This document shows positions 28,966-38,303 of a stretch of 64,000 nt of DNA, piece by piece (the first letter of the stretch is position 1; each line of letters begins with the position of its first letter). Source of the DNA: Actinomycetes bacterium (GTDB lineage Bacteria; Actinomycetota; Acidimicrobiia; Acidimicrobiales; JAMCPL01); assembly GCA_021841005.1 (NCBI GenBank), contig JAKBVZ010000015.1, positions 16,795-80,794 on the forward strand, given 5' to 3'. A program made the position numbers and the translations under genes. Below the pieces are notes generated by a model. That model had not been told where the DNA came from, made no database searches, and was given only the letters and a program-made list of their open reading frames with translations.

Positions 28966-29068
28966 CCTTGACACCAGGACAACTTTGCAACAACCTGCTG
29001 CGGCCACTATGCCGCAGCCCGTGCACTGGCCTGATGACCTTGACACCAGGACAACCTTGCAACAACCT
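28966..29068. repeat. 31-bp direct repeat (offset 72 bp) between nadC and coaX, enclosing a GC hairpin
   Basis: 'CCTTGACACCAGGACAAC(T/C)TTGCAACAACCT' occurs at 28966 and 29038. The hairpin CTGCGGC-cactat-GCCGCAG lies at 28998-29017. Confidence 0.95.
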
Positions 29069-29075
29069 TACAATC

Positions 29076-29978
29076 CTATCCCGCCGACGCGACCGGAATG
29101 TCCAGCCCCAGGTCGACCGCCGGTGACGAATGCGTAAGAGCACCTACCGATATGAAGTCGGTGCCTGCAGCAGCGTAAAGTGGCGCTGTCTCCAAGGTGA
29201 CGCCACCTGATACCTCCACCAGCACGCGCTTCCCGCCGGCTCGCGAGCGCAACGCCACTACGCAAGCAGCCACCTCGTCAGGAGTCATGTTGTCGAGTAG
29301 CACCATCGTTGCACCGGCATCCTGAGCTTTGATCGCCTGTTCCATCGTATCGCACTCCACCTCCACCAGCTTGAATGGCCACAGTTCACGTGCACTGGCA
29401 ACCGCTTCGGCAATGGACGACCCAACCAAATGATTGTCCTTCACGAGCACGGCTTCCGACAGATTACCCCTGTGGTTCCTCCCACCGCCGGCTCGAACCG
29501 CGGCTTTCTCCAGTGCCCTAAGCCCTGGAGTGGTCTTGCGCGTGTCGAGCACTGCCGTAACCTGGCTGGCCCGCGATACCACCGCAACAAACCTGTCCGT
29601 CAGCGTAGCCACCCCTGAGAGATGGCACAGGAAATTGAGCGCCGTCCTCTCCGCTGTAAGGATGGACCGCAAAGGACCAGCCACTTCCGCAACCACCGAT
29701 CCCCTGGTTATCCTGCCTCCGTCGGGAATCCTCCAATCGACCGCTATCGAACTGTCGACTTGACGAAATGACTCTGCAGCGCAGAGACCGCCGGCCACTA
29801 TGCCATCCTCGCGGGCAACTATATGTAGCTGTGCGCTGCGATCGCCAGGTACCAGCTTCGCGGTGGCATCGCCGAGTGGGAGAAGATCCTCCGCCAGCGC
29901 AAGCGCAACCGCTTGGCGAACGGCCAATATCGGGGGGTCGTATCCGCTACTCATCACCTCTCTGTCCTGATCACCCAT
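29076..29978 (-). CDS. nadC: nicotinate-nucleotide diphosphorylase (quinolinate phosphoribosyltransferase)
   Basis: 'TRKTTPGLRALEKAAVRAGGGRNHR', 'VLLDNM' and 'VEVSGGV'. Confidence 0.95.
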   Translation of the reverse strand: MGDQDREVMSSGYDPPILAVRQAVALALAEDLLPLGDATAKLVPGDRSAQLHIVAREDGIVAGGLCAAESFRQVDSSIAVDWRIPDGGRITRGSVVAEVAGPLRSILTAERTALNFLCHLSGVATLTDRFVAVVSRASQVTAVLDTRKTTPGLRALEKAAVRAGGGRNHRGNLSEAVLVKDNHLVGSSIAEAVASARELWPFKLVEVECDTMEQAIKAQDAGATMVLLDNMTPDEVAACVVALRSRAGGKRVLVEVSGGVTLETAPLYAAAGTDFISVGALTHSSPAVDLGLDIPVASAG

Positions 29979-29981
29979 GCT

Positions 29982-31880
29982 CTACACCCTCTCTCCGTGC
30001 ACTATCCTTACGATCCCTGAGTCGGCTGCAAATGGATACTCCACCCGAGCATGAGCCCCTCTGGTCTCCTTGCGATAGAAAGCGGAACGGACCAAGGCAC
30101 CGGCGACAGTGCACAGATTGCACAGTTCGGCACGATCACGTATCGCCGCATGGTCGCGCCCGATCATCTGGGCTTGGCCACTACGACCCGTGCCGGCACG
30201 GTCCCCATCGCTATAGCTACCATCGCTGCGGTCCACGTGCAGCATAGGCTTAGCAGCAGTGACAGAAGGGCCAGAAGGTGCAGAAGGTGCAGCAGGACCA
30301 GGGTTTGAATCCACCTCGGTACCGTATCCGGCACAGGCGCTTTCACGAAGTGCATCGCCAATCACGCGGGCAACCTCCTTTAGGCTCTCTGCAGAACGCA
30401 ATACGCCTGCACCACGTGTCATGACATCTTGAAAGTGCGAGCGTACCTTTGCGATGTCGTTGCTTTTCAAACCCTCCTGCCCAATCCCGGCGCCAGCACC
30501 CACAGCGGTATCTGCATCTGCACCGTAAGCGCCCCTGCGATGTACGCTCCCGTACATAGACATATCCGGGACAGGAATATCAATACCGAGCAGTTCCGCC
30601 TGCTCATCCTCCAACGCTGCTATCACCTTGCATCCAACTTTGCTCGGCATACCCATCCAGCCTCTCATGGCTCCAGTGGCTTCGGCACGATCTTTACCGG
30701 CAACGATAGCTCGAGCTGCTCTGAGGCCATACACCAGGCCTTCCAGCAGCGAGTTCGACGCCAAGCGGTTAGCGCCATGCACACCGGTACAGGCAACCTC
30801 ACCTGCAGCAAACAGTCCTGCGCAAGCGGTAGCGCCATCAAGATCGGTAAGCAGCCCACCTGAAATGTAGTGCGCTGCCGGGGCAACGGGAAGCCAATCC
30901 GTCGCCGGATCGAGTCGAGCGACACTGAGCGCCTCCGCTATAGTAGGGAAACGTATCGCAAAGTCCAGGAGCTGAGTGGCATCCAACCACAGATGAGACA
31001 CTCCCTGCTCGATCATCTTATGAGCCATTGCCCTGCTCACCTGGTCACGAGGCAACAGCTCGTCGACCCACCTATTCCCATCCCTGTCGCGCAGCACGGC
31101 ACCATGGCCACGCAGCGCTTCCGACAGCAGCGGGCGGGGTATCCCGGGATAGTACAGTGCAGTGGGATGGAACTGGAAGAACTCTAGATCGGCAACGGGA
31201 ACACCTGCCCTCAACGCCATAGCCACACCGTCTCCCGTAGCCTCCAGCGGGTTGGTGGTAACCGAGTAAAGCTGCCCCGCCCCTCCGGTGGCCAGAAGAA
31301 CCACTCCTGCCCTTACCTCGCGCTGATTCCCTGAAACATCCACGCAATGGACGCCCTTGCAACGCCCATCCTCGATAATCAGATCCAAGCTGAACCAGCC
31401 TTCCATAATGGCCAGATCACTGTCACGCACCGCCTCGACAAGCGCACGCTCCACCTCGGCTCCCGTCGCCACCCCGCCGGCATGAAGTACCCTGGCGGTG
31501 GAATGGCCTCCTTCCCTAGCTCGCAGGTAATTACCGATCGTGTCACGATCAAACATCATGCCTGCACCGATAAGTTTCACGATCGCATCAGGCCCTTCTT
31601 CCACGAGTACTCTGACAGCATCCAGATCGCACAGATCGTGTCCGGCGGCAAGGGTGTCTGCAATGTGGAGATCCGTGCTGTCCTCGTCACCAGGCAATAC
31701 CGCAGCAATGCCACCCTGGGCCCAGCGGGTCGCCGACTGGCTCAACTCACCCTTGGTGAGTACGCCAGCTCGTAACCCTTCCACCCTGCTCAACCCGAGA
31801 GCGGCAAACAGGCCAGCCACCCCGCTGCCCACCACCAGTACGTCGAGGGAAACCGCTCCCTGGTCGCTATCCTGTGACAT
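29982..31880 (-). CDS. nadB: L-aspartate oxidase, with low-complexity insertions in the C-terminal domain
   Basis: 'VLVVGSGVAGL', 'ATRWAQGGIAA', 'FFQFHPT' and 'GANRLASNSLLEGLV'. Confidence 0.95.
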   Translation of the reverse strand: MSQDSDQGAVSLDVLVVGSGVAGLFAALGLSRVEGLRAGVLTKGELSQSATRWAQGGIAAVLPGDEDSTDLHIADTLAAGHDLCDLDAVRVLVEEGPDAIVKLIGAGMMFDRDTIGNYLRAREGGHSTARVLHAGGVATGAEVERALVEAVRDSDLAIMEGWFSLDLIIEDGRCKGVHCVDVSGNQREVRAGVVLLATGGAGQLYSVTTNPLEATGDGVAMALRAGVPVADLEFFQFHPTALYYPGIPRPLLSEALRGHGAVLRDRDGNRWVDELLPRDQVSRAMAHKMIEQGVSHLWLDATQLLDFAIRFPTIAEALSVARLDPATDWLPVAPAAHYISGGLLTDLDGATACAGLFAAGEVACTGVHGANRLASNSLLEGLVYGLRAARAIVAGKDRAEATGAMRGWMGMPSKVGCKVIAALEDEQAELLGIDIPVPDMSMYGSVHRRGAYGADADTAVGAGAGIGQEGLKSNDIAKVRSHFQDVMTRGAGVLRSAESLKEVARVIGDALRESACAGYGTEVDSNPGPAAPSAPSGPSVTAAKPMLHVDRSDGSYSDGDRAGTGRSGQAQMIGRDHAAIRDRAELCNLCTVAGALVRSAFYRKETRGAHARVEYPFAADSGIVRIVHGERV

Positions 31881-31885
31881 GCCGG

Positions 31886-32284
31886 TTACTCCCAGCTACG
31901 CGAGGTGGGTTCGAGTACTGCTGAGATCGCTGGAAGCGGGCTGTTCGATGCATCGACATGCACCACTACCGGGTGGTATCCATCCAATTCGGCCTGTTCG
32001 TAGTCTGCATAAGTCAAGATTATCACCTTGTCGCCCGGATGGACCAACCTGGCTGCCGCACCATTCAGGCAGATCTGGGCGGCACCGCCCTTGATGGCGT
32101 ATGTCTCGAAACGAGCACCATTGTCGATATCAAGCACCGCGACCTGTTCGTTCTCCAGTATGTCCGCCAGATCCATCAGCGTAGGATCTATACTGATGGA
32201 TCCCACGTAATCAAGGTTGGCTTCCGTTACGGTAGCCCTGTGTATCTTCGATTTGAGCATACGCCTTCTCATAATTCGCGACAA
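31886..32284 (-). CDS. panD: aspartate 1-decarboxylase
   Basis: '[25 protein letters not shown]' carries the Gly-Ser self-processing site. The true start may be an internal Met at 32272 or 32260. Confidence 0.95.
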   Translation of the reverse strand: MSRIMRRRMLKSKIHRATVTEANLDYVGSISIDPTLMDLADILENEQVAVLDIDNGARFETYAIKGGAAQICLNGAAARLVHPGDKVIILTYADYEQAELDGYHPVVVHVDASNSPLPAISAVLEPTSRSWE

Positions 32285-32290
32285 CCCCCG

Positions 32291-34234
32291 TTACGCAACA
32301 TCCACCATACCTGCCGCACCTGCATCGCCTGCTGCATCCACAGCACTTGCCCCACCTGCACTATCTCCAGCATGGGGGGCTACCGCATCTGCAACCCCTA
32401 CCGCCTGCGCCGCCAGTATCTTCACGCCGATATTATCGATCAGACGCACACTGCCGACTCGGGCCGCCACCAGCAGGCGCAACTCGCTGGCAGTCGCCGG
32501 TTCCATACCGGGGGGTGTGAGGGGGTGTGGGCGTGGGTGTGAGGGGGTGTAAGCGGATACCGGGGGGTACGAGGGTTCAGTCGTGCCATTGCACTTTACC
32601 GGCGTGCCAGGAGTGTGAGGGGGTGTGGGTATGAGGGGGTGCGAGGAAGGCAGTAAATCGAAAGTGTCCGCCCGTACCACCTCGGCATAATCTGGCGACA
32701 CCCCATCCTCCTTGCTCATCTCGCCGATCATGGCATCCCTTATGGAGATAGTCAGATCGGATGCCGTCCATGGCAATCCCACGCTTCCAGCTACTCTCTC
32801 GCCCGCCTTCAGTGCACGGTACAGGCAGCGAGCAGCCCTCCTCATCTCCGGCGGCAGGAGCTTGTTGCGGCTGGAAAGGGCAATACCGTCGTAGTCCCTC
32901 ACCGTCGGGCAGGCCACCACCTCCACCGGGAAGAACAGATCCCTCACCATCTGGCGCACCACCATGACCTGCTGGTAGTCCTTCTCGCCGAAGTAGGCCC
33001 TACATCTACCTGCGAGGGCGAACAGCTTTGCCACAACGGTTGCCACTCCGTCAAAATGTCCCGGCCTCGAAGCTCCTTCGAGCAATTCGCTTATCCCGCT
33101 CACATGTACCATCCCTGCAGGATTGAACGGGTAACCTGGATACATCTGGTCCACGCTTGGTGCGAATACAATACCGGCCCCGTGGCTACGGGCAATCTCA
33201 ATGTCTGCGTCAAGATCACGCGGGTAGTTCTCGAGATCGGAAGGATCATTGAATTGCAGAGGGTTGACAAATATCGTAACGACCACTACGTCACACTCCC
33301 TGCTGGCACGATCTATCAATGAAGCATGGCCTGCATGCAGTGCCCCCATGGTCGGTACCAGCCCGATGGAAAGCCCTTCGTTGCGCAAACGGTCCAGGGT
33401 GGACTGCAACTCCTGGCTGCTCTCGATCACCTGCACCTGTCCTGCCACGGGATGGCGACCACGATCACGGGAGGGGGAGGCATGGGAAGAAAGTGCTACA
33501 CCTGGCAACTCTAGCGTACGTCCGAGTAGCCCATCCACGAGACGCAATCCAGCCATGTACAGATCCCTCTCGTCAGGATCAAGCGCGGCGAGATGTCCAA
33601 CCAGCGTTTCGCTGTCGCCCCTTGCCGCAGGCCCAGTGAGCGCACCAGCCGGTCCCAGGTGCCTTACGTCGTCAAGAGCAAAGCCGGCTAGGTCAAGGAA
33701 AGGCGCCAGATCAAGGCCTGCAGCAATGGCGATCCTCTCCACCTGGCTCATCAGGGCAACCAGGTGATTTGCCGCTACACAGGCAGCGGCATGATACAAG
33801 ACCCTCGAAGCACCACCCACATGAATGGCTCTCCCACGGAGATTGCCAACCATCTCCACCACTTCGTCCACCCGAGGATCTCCTGCAACCGCAAAGGTGA
33901 TGCCGCCCAGCAATCGCTCCCTACCGGTATCCGGGTCGGGCAACGATACCAGAGGATGGAGCGACGCTCTATTGGGATGAGGATAGAGCACATCCAGGCC
34001 AGTGGCCCCTGAAAGATGCACTACGGTTGCACCTTCGTCAGGTTCAATTGCACCAGCGACAGATTCAATCGCCCTATCGGGAACTGCCAACAACAGGACA
34101 TCGGTATTGCGAGCCATCCCGTTGAGAGCCATATCGCGGCCAAATGGTCCCTCGACCGAATAGCCCACTTCTTTCAATGCTGATGCAAACGACGATCCAG
34201 CCCTACCCGCACCAACTATTCGGACACTTTTCAT
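32291..34234 (-). CDS. panC: fusion protein: Rossmann/DUF2520 domain + pantoate--beta-alanine ligase (PanC), with a Pro/His/Thr-rich insertion
   Basis: N-terminal 'VRIVGAGRAGSS...', DUF2520-like 'LTGPAARGD', then PanC 'VPTMGALHAGHASLI' and 'VTIFVNPLQF'. A 54-aa insertion (32486-32647) sits before the PanC C-terminal 'RVGSVRLIDN'. Confidence 0.88.
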   Translation of the reverse strand: MKSVRIVGAGRAGSSFASALKEVGYSVEGPFGRDMALNGMARNTDVLLLAVPDRAIESVAGAIEPDEGATVVHLSGATGLDVLYPHPNRASLHPLVSLPDPDTGRERLLGGITFAVAGDPRVDEVVEMVGNLRGRAIHVGGASRVLYHAAACVAANHLVALMSQVERIAIAAGLDLAPFLDLAGFALDDVRHLGPAGALTGPAARGDSETLVGHLAALDPDERDLYMAGLRLVDGLLGRTLELPGVALSSHASPSRDRGRHPVAGQVQVIESSQELQSTLDRLRNEGLSIGLVPTMGALHAGHASLIDRASRECDVVVVTIFVNPLQFNDPSDLENYPRDLDADIEIARSHGAGIVFAPSVDQMYPGYPFNPAGMVHVSGISELLEGASRPGHFDGVATVVAKLFALAGRCRAYFGEKDYQQVMVVRQMVRDLFFPVEVVACPTVRDYDGIALSSRNKLLPPEMRRAARCLYRALKAGERVAGSVGLPWTASDLTISIRDAMIGEMSKEDGVSPDYAEVVRADTFDLLPSSHPLIPTPPHTPGTPVKCNGTTEPSYPPVSAYTPSHPRPHPLTPPGMEPATASELRLLVAARVGSVRLIDNIGVKILAAQAVGVADAVAPHAGDSAGGASAVDAAGDAGAAGMVDVA

Positions 34235-34487
34235 CCAGTTCCTTTCTGCGCTACAGTCCTTTTGGAGGTACCGGTCGCGTCAAGTCATCCTTCAACCAGT
34301 CCACAGCCGACCGACCATACAACCGGCCATGTCATGCCATGGAACTCCTATTATTCATCGTATCACCGTGGTCGCCGGCCTGCCAGCCACTTCCGATCAG
34401 CCAGTTGGCAACAATAGTTACATGTCCGCCTAAAGAGATCGCACGACACAGCCATGCAGTTCACGCTTGTACTATACAAACGGTCGA

Positions 34488-34991
34488 TCACCTAGCCGCA
34501 TGATCATCGGGTCGATCGTCCGCTGAAACGGTACCAAACTTCCATACTCGCCCGGTCGCCCCCTGGAACACATCCTCCGGAACGAGGCCGGGCTCCAGAT
34601 CCCTGAGAGGCTCCAGTACAAACTTTCGCTCCCACATACGCGGGTGCGGTACTACCAGGTCCTCCGTCGCAACCGTCTCTCCCTCTACCAGCAGGATGTC
34701 CACATCCAAGGTACGTGCTCCATGATGCTCCCTGCGTACCCTGCCCGCCCTGGTCTCCAACTCGTGACAGAGCATGAGCAACTCCCTTGCAGGCAGGTCC
34801 GTCACCAGCCGGACAACCATGTTCAGATACGGACCCTGGCCTGGCGGGCCCCCCAGCGGCTCCGTCTCGTAGACAGGCGACAGAGATGTCTCTCCCTGCT
34901 CTCCCTGGATGGCCCGGACCGCTTCCTGGAGGTAACCCAGGCGATCCCCCAGATTGGACCCTAGCCCCAGGAATACATTCCTCACCGCCAC
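34488..34991 (-). CDS. folK: 2-amino-4-hydroxy-6-hydroxymethyldihydropteridine diphosphokinase
   Basis: 'VFLGLGSNLGDR' and 'GARTLDVDILL'. Confidence 0.93.
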   Translation of the reverse strand: MAVRNVFLGLGSNLGDRLGYLQEAVRAIQGEQGETSLSPVYETEPLGGPPGQGPYLNMVVRLVTDLPARELLMLCHELETRAGRVRREHHGARTLDVDILLVEGETVATEDLVVPHPRMWERKFVLEPLRDLEPGLVPEDVFQGATGRVWKFGTVSADDRPDDHAAR

Positions 34992-35509
34992 CCACCAAGA
35001 TTCACCGCCGCGCCCCGCGCCCCAGGCATCTCCACGGTTACTCCGACGCCACTTACGTGGTACTCGATCGGAGGGTATAGCTTACGCACCGTGGCCGCCA
35101 CGTATCCCACCCGATCCCCGTACTCGTTTCTTATGCGTTCCACGATGGACCCGGCAAGTGACTCCAGCAGCCCGTGGGGTGGGCCTTCCAGTACCTCTAC
35201 AGCCAATGCCACAATATCGCCGTAATCCAGAGTATCGGAAATATCATCGGTAGCATATGCACTACCGCCAGCCGGCTCCACCAGTAGGTCAATTTCGAAA
35301 GGCTGCGCATGCTCCTGCTCCTCCGGGGTAAGGCCATGCCTTCCCAGAACGCGTATGCCGTCAATGGCAATTGTGGTTCCCGCTACGGGAACGTGTAGCC
35401 CCACATGGGCAGGAGGAGCTGCTGGAACAGGAGGACTTCCGGAGGTTGCTGCTGCCGGGGAGCGTTTCGCCGGCGGGTCGGCGGTCTGCGGGCTTTCAGC
35501 CAGGCGCAT
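34982..35509 (-). CDS. folB: dihydroneopterin aldolase
   Basis: 'IAIDGIRVLGRHGLTPEEQEHAQPFEIDL'. A Pro/Ala-rich N-terminal extension makes the start uncertain. Confidence 0.85.
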   Translation of the reverse strand: MRLAESPQTADPPAKRSPAAATSGSPPVPAAPPAHVGLHVPVAGTTIAIDGIRVLGRHGLTPEEQEHAQPFEIDLLVEPAGGSAYATDDISDTLDYGDIVALAVEVLEGPPHGLLESLAGSIVERIRNEYGDRVGYVAATVRKLYPPIEYHVSGVGVTVEMPGARGAAVNLGGWR

Positions 35510-36020
35510 CGTGCAAACCGATGGTGGATGCCACGGCGATGATCTTCCTGCCCTCCGAGGAGAGATGCACCTTGGTAAGCTTCTCCATGACTTCGATCAC
35601 CTGGATATTGGTGGCCAATCGCTTCGACCATAAGAGGTATCCACCCATAGCGCCCACCAGCCTGTCATCCACCCCGTCGGCATGCAGGAGTATCTTCTCT
35701 CCGGCAGATATCAAGCGATCCATGCTCGAATAGAGCACTTTCAACGACGCGGCGCCGTTACTGCCATAATGGAGCGGTATGTGTGAATACGGCATGCCGC
35801 CCTCTTCGTATGCCGCCAGGTTATGAGGGGACTGCAGTAGGGAGACTATCCTGGTGAAACCATTCACCCGCAGCCATATGATCTCCTCCTCGCGCCTCAC
35901 CTTACGGTGCGCTGACCCGGAACCGCCCGGTCTCTCGCTTATGGCCACCTGGTCAAGCAACACCCACTTGAAGTTTCTTGGCTCTATGCCATCCGCCCAT
36001 TTTCCCCGCAACGTAGTCAT
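35496..36020 (-). CDS. dual-specificity-phosphatase-like protein lacking the catalytic Cys (H-A-x5-R)
   Basis: P-loop-like 'LLHADGVDDRLVG' has exact HCx5R spacing with Ala in place of Cys. The gene overlaps the folB start by 14 nt. The likely start is ATG 36020 (the ORF opens at 36212). Confidence 0.55.
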   Translation of the reverse strand: MTTLRGKWADGIEPRNFKWVLLDQVAISERPGGSGSAHRKVRREEEIIWLRVNGFTRIVSLLQSPHNLAAYEEGGMPYSHIPLHYGSNGAASLKVLYSSMDRLISAGEKILLHADGVDDRLVGAMGGYLLWSKRLATNIQVIEVMEKLTKVHLSSEGRKIIAVASTIGLHDAPG

Positions 36021-36102
36021 ACAATCCTCATCCAACAAGTGTAGCAGGCAGCACTTGTGATTGTCTATGGCTTTCCGGAGGCGGCTTGCGGGGCGGGTCT
36101 CG

Positions 36103-36928
36103 TCAGTTATGCTTGGTTTGCGCCCACGGGATGCCCTTGTCCATGTCCGTATCCCTTGGCAGCCCCAGTATCCTTTCCGCCATCTGGCTGCGCAGTACCT
36201 CCGAAGTCCCACCCTCTATTGTTGCTGCCCTTGCCCTGAGGAAGGTCTGCGCCCTAGCTCCAGCCGCCTTGTCATCCGGCAACCATGCAACAGCGGACAT
36301 ACCATTGGCATCTATGGCAAATGTGGACTTACGCTGGTTGAACTCAGCGTTGAATACTTTGTTGACAGCCCCTTCGGGGCCAGGTTGAGCACCCCTCATC
36401 CTGGTAGCATTGGCCCTGAATGTGGTTATCTCTTTCACCTCGGATTCCACATAGATCCTGGCGATTTTCTAGCGTACAGCAGGGTCATCCCTACGTGGCA
36501 AGTCTCCCAGGAATGTCTGCCATGGATCCTTCCTCGTCCCGCCGAATATGGATACGGGATCCAGGGATATGCCGGAAAGAGCAGTACGTGCGTTCATCAG
36601 GGTGGTCCGGGCGCACCGCCAGCCGTCACCTACCCGTCCAACCCTGTTGGCATCCGGGATACGCACATCTGCTAACAATCCAGGCCTCGCCCGAGAGCCC
36701 GCCATACTCTTTCGGCCACAGTGGTGCGGCATAGGGAGTGCGGCCCATCGTTCCCATCCAGGTCAGGAAGTTCCATCCGGATGTCGTCTTGACCTTCTCG
36801 AACCTTTCCACGTCTCCGCTGTCCACTGCATCCATCCAATCCCTGCCCAGCGCTTCCGCCAGCCATTGCCTGAATTCGCGGCGGAAAGCGGTCTGTTCCT
36901 CCACCTCTTCCAGTTCCCAGCGCCTCAT
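36103..36928 (-). pseudogene. degraded acyl-CoA dehydrogenase gene, copy A
   Basis: Three fragments are present: the N-terminus 'WPKEYGGLSGEA', a frame shift into 'LLADVRIPDANRVGRVGDGW', and an in-frame TAG before the C-terminal 'TIEGGTSEVLRSQMAERILGLPRD'. The ~150 codons of the middle domain are missing. Confidence 0.85.
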
Positions 36929-36930
36929 TA

Positions 36931-37024
36931 CTCCTTTGCATCTCGATGGCGATTCCTTGTAGGCGCCCTGTCCCGATCCGGTCCTAGGAGTGCATCAATG
37001 CCTCCTTTGCATCTCGATGGCGAT
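36931..37024. repeat. 23-bp direct repeat (offset 71 bp) containing the SD of ACAD pseudogene copy A
   Basis: 'CTCCTTTGCATCTCGATGGCGAT' occurs at 36931-36953 and 37002-37024. Confidence 0.95.
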
Positions 37025-37096
37025 CGTGTGAATATAATAGACTGGATGGTCAAGCCGGTCAATGCCGACCAGAAATAGTAGCGAGCGGGCAACGTC

Positions 37097-38098
37097 GTGC
37101 CAGGGCAGTATTATATCTGTATGCATCCCGTAAGTGAACGTGCTGTCCATGCTGACGCCGCAGGCAGACGATACGCCATTACCCTGCTGGAGCGTTGTAC
37201 GATGCCTCCTGCAGGTTCCCATGTCGACTGTGCGGTATCTGGAGGGCCGGATTCCGTAGCCCTGATGATACTGGCCATCCATGCGGGATGTGAGGTGACC
37301 GCTATCCATGTGGACCACGGCTTGAGGGAAGGATCAGGTAGGGAGGCGGGTGTCGTGGCGAAGGTAGCGTCGAGGTTTGGGGCAGGCTTCGAAGCGGTAC
37401 AAGTAGACATCGCTCACGGAGCTAATCTGGAGGCCAGGGCCAGGGAGGCACGTATGAAAGCTCTGCCGGATGGGGTTTCCACCGGACACACCATGGATGA
37501 CCAGGCGGAGACGGTCCTAATATCTTTGCTGCGCGGCTCGGGCCTGGATGGCGTGTCCGCCATGAAGCCCGGCATACGTCATCCAATACTGAACTTACGC
37601 AGGGCAGAAACGGTCCAGCTTTGCGAGATGCTGGGCGCGGAAACCGTGGACGATCCGACCAACGCCAGCAACCAATTCCTGCGCAACAGAGTGAGACACC
37701 AGCTTATCCCGCTCTGTTGCGAGATTGCTGGCAGGGATGTGGTGCCGTTGCTGGCCCGCCACGCCTTGCTCGCACGGGAGGAGTCGGATTTTCTGGATGA
37801 CTTGGCTAATGGCATAGATCCTTGCGACGTAAATGCCTTGAATGGCACCGGCAAAGTTCTTGCCCGGCGGGCAATCAGAGAATGGTTGCGCTCCGGAGAA
37901 TATCGCTATCCTCCTGACCTGGCCGGAGTGGAGCGGGTGTTGTCGGTGGCTGCAGGCGAATGCAAGGGGACTGACGTCGTGCCGGGCATCCATGTGAGCC
38001 GTTCCAGAGGCATGCTGACCAAGACCCGCAAGCCGCCGGCTTCAACCATGGGGAAGAGGTCAACAAGACCCACAACGAGTAAGAGGCTCAGCGGATAG
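37097..38098 (+). CDS. tilS: tRNA(Ile)-lysidine synthetase
   Basis: PP-loop 'AVSGGPDSVAL'. The start may be ATG 37199. The gene is on the opposite strand to the surrounding fol/hpt genes. Confidence 0.88.
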   Translation: MPGQYYICMHPVSERAVHADAAGRRYAITLLERCTMPPAGSHVDCAVSGGPDSVALMILAIHAGCEVTAIHVDHGLREGSGREAGVVAKVASRFGAGFEAVQVDIAHGANLEARAREARMKALPDGVSTGHTMDDQAETVLISLLRGSGLDGVSAMKPGIRHPILNLRRAETVQLCEMLGAETVDDPTNASNQFLRNRVRHQLIPLCCEIAGRDVVPLLARHALLAREESDFLDDLANGIDPCDVNALNGTGKVLARRAIREWLRSGEYRYPPDLAGVERVLSVAAGECKGTDVVPGIHVSRSRGMLTKTRKPPASTMGKRSTRPTTSKRLSG

Positions 38099-38303
38099 GC
38101 AGCTTGGAATAGGGAGCCGGTTATCCAGGCAAGCAGCGCAAGGCAGAGGAGGAAGGGCAGGCTAGAGCGCCTGGACAACGACGACAACACAGCGATGCGA
38201 CGGCTGGGGGCCGACAAGCCCGAGATGCCTATTCGCTGAGCCTCTCAGTCTTAATAGGATCTTTTGATGCAACAGAGCTGGGTGAATACGTATTAGAAGG
38301 AAT

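Noticed and set aside
31898-31925. tRNA T-arm-like string 'GGTTCGAGT' as a hint of a tRNA gene.
   Set aside because: It lies inside the panD coding frame, and no acceptor or anticodon stems can be built. I saw no other tRNA- or rRNA-like sequence in the window.
36103-36928. The split acyl-CoA dehydrogenase as a functional gene expressed by programmed frameshifting or read-through.
   Set aside because: About 150 codons of the middle domain are missing in both copies. Each copy has an additional, different in-frame nonsense codon, which indicates neutral decay.
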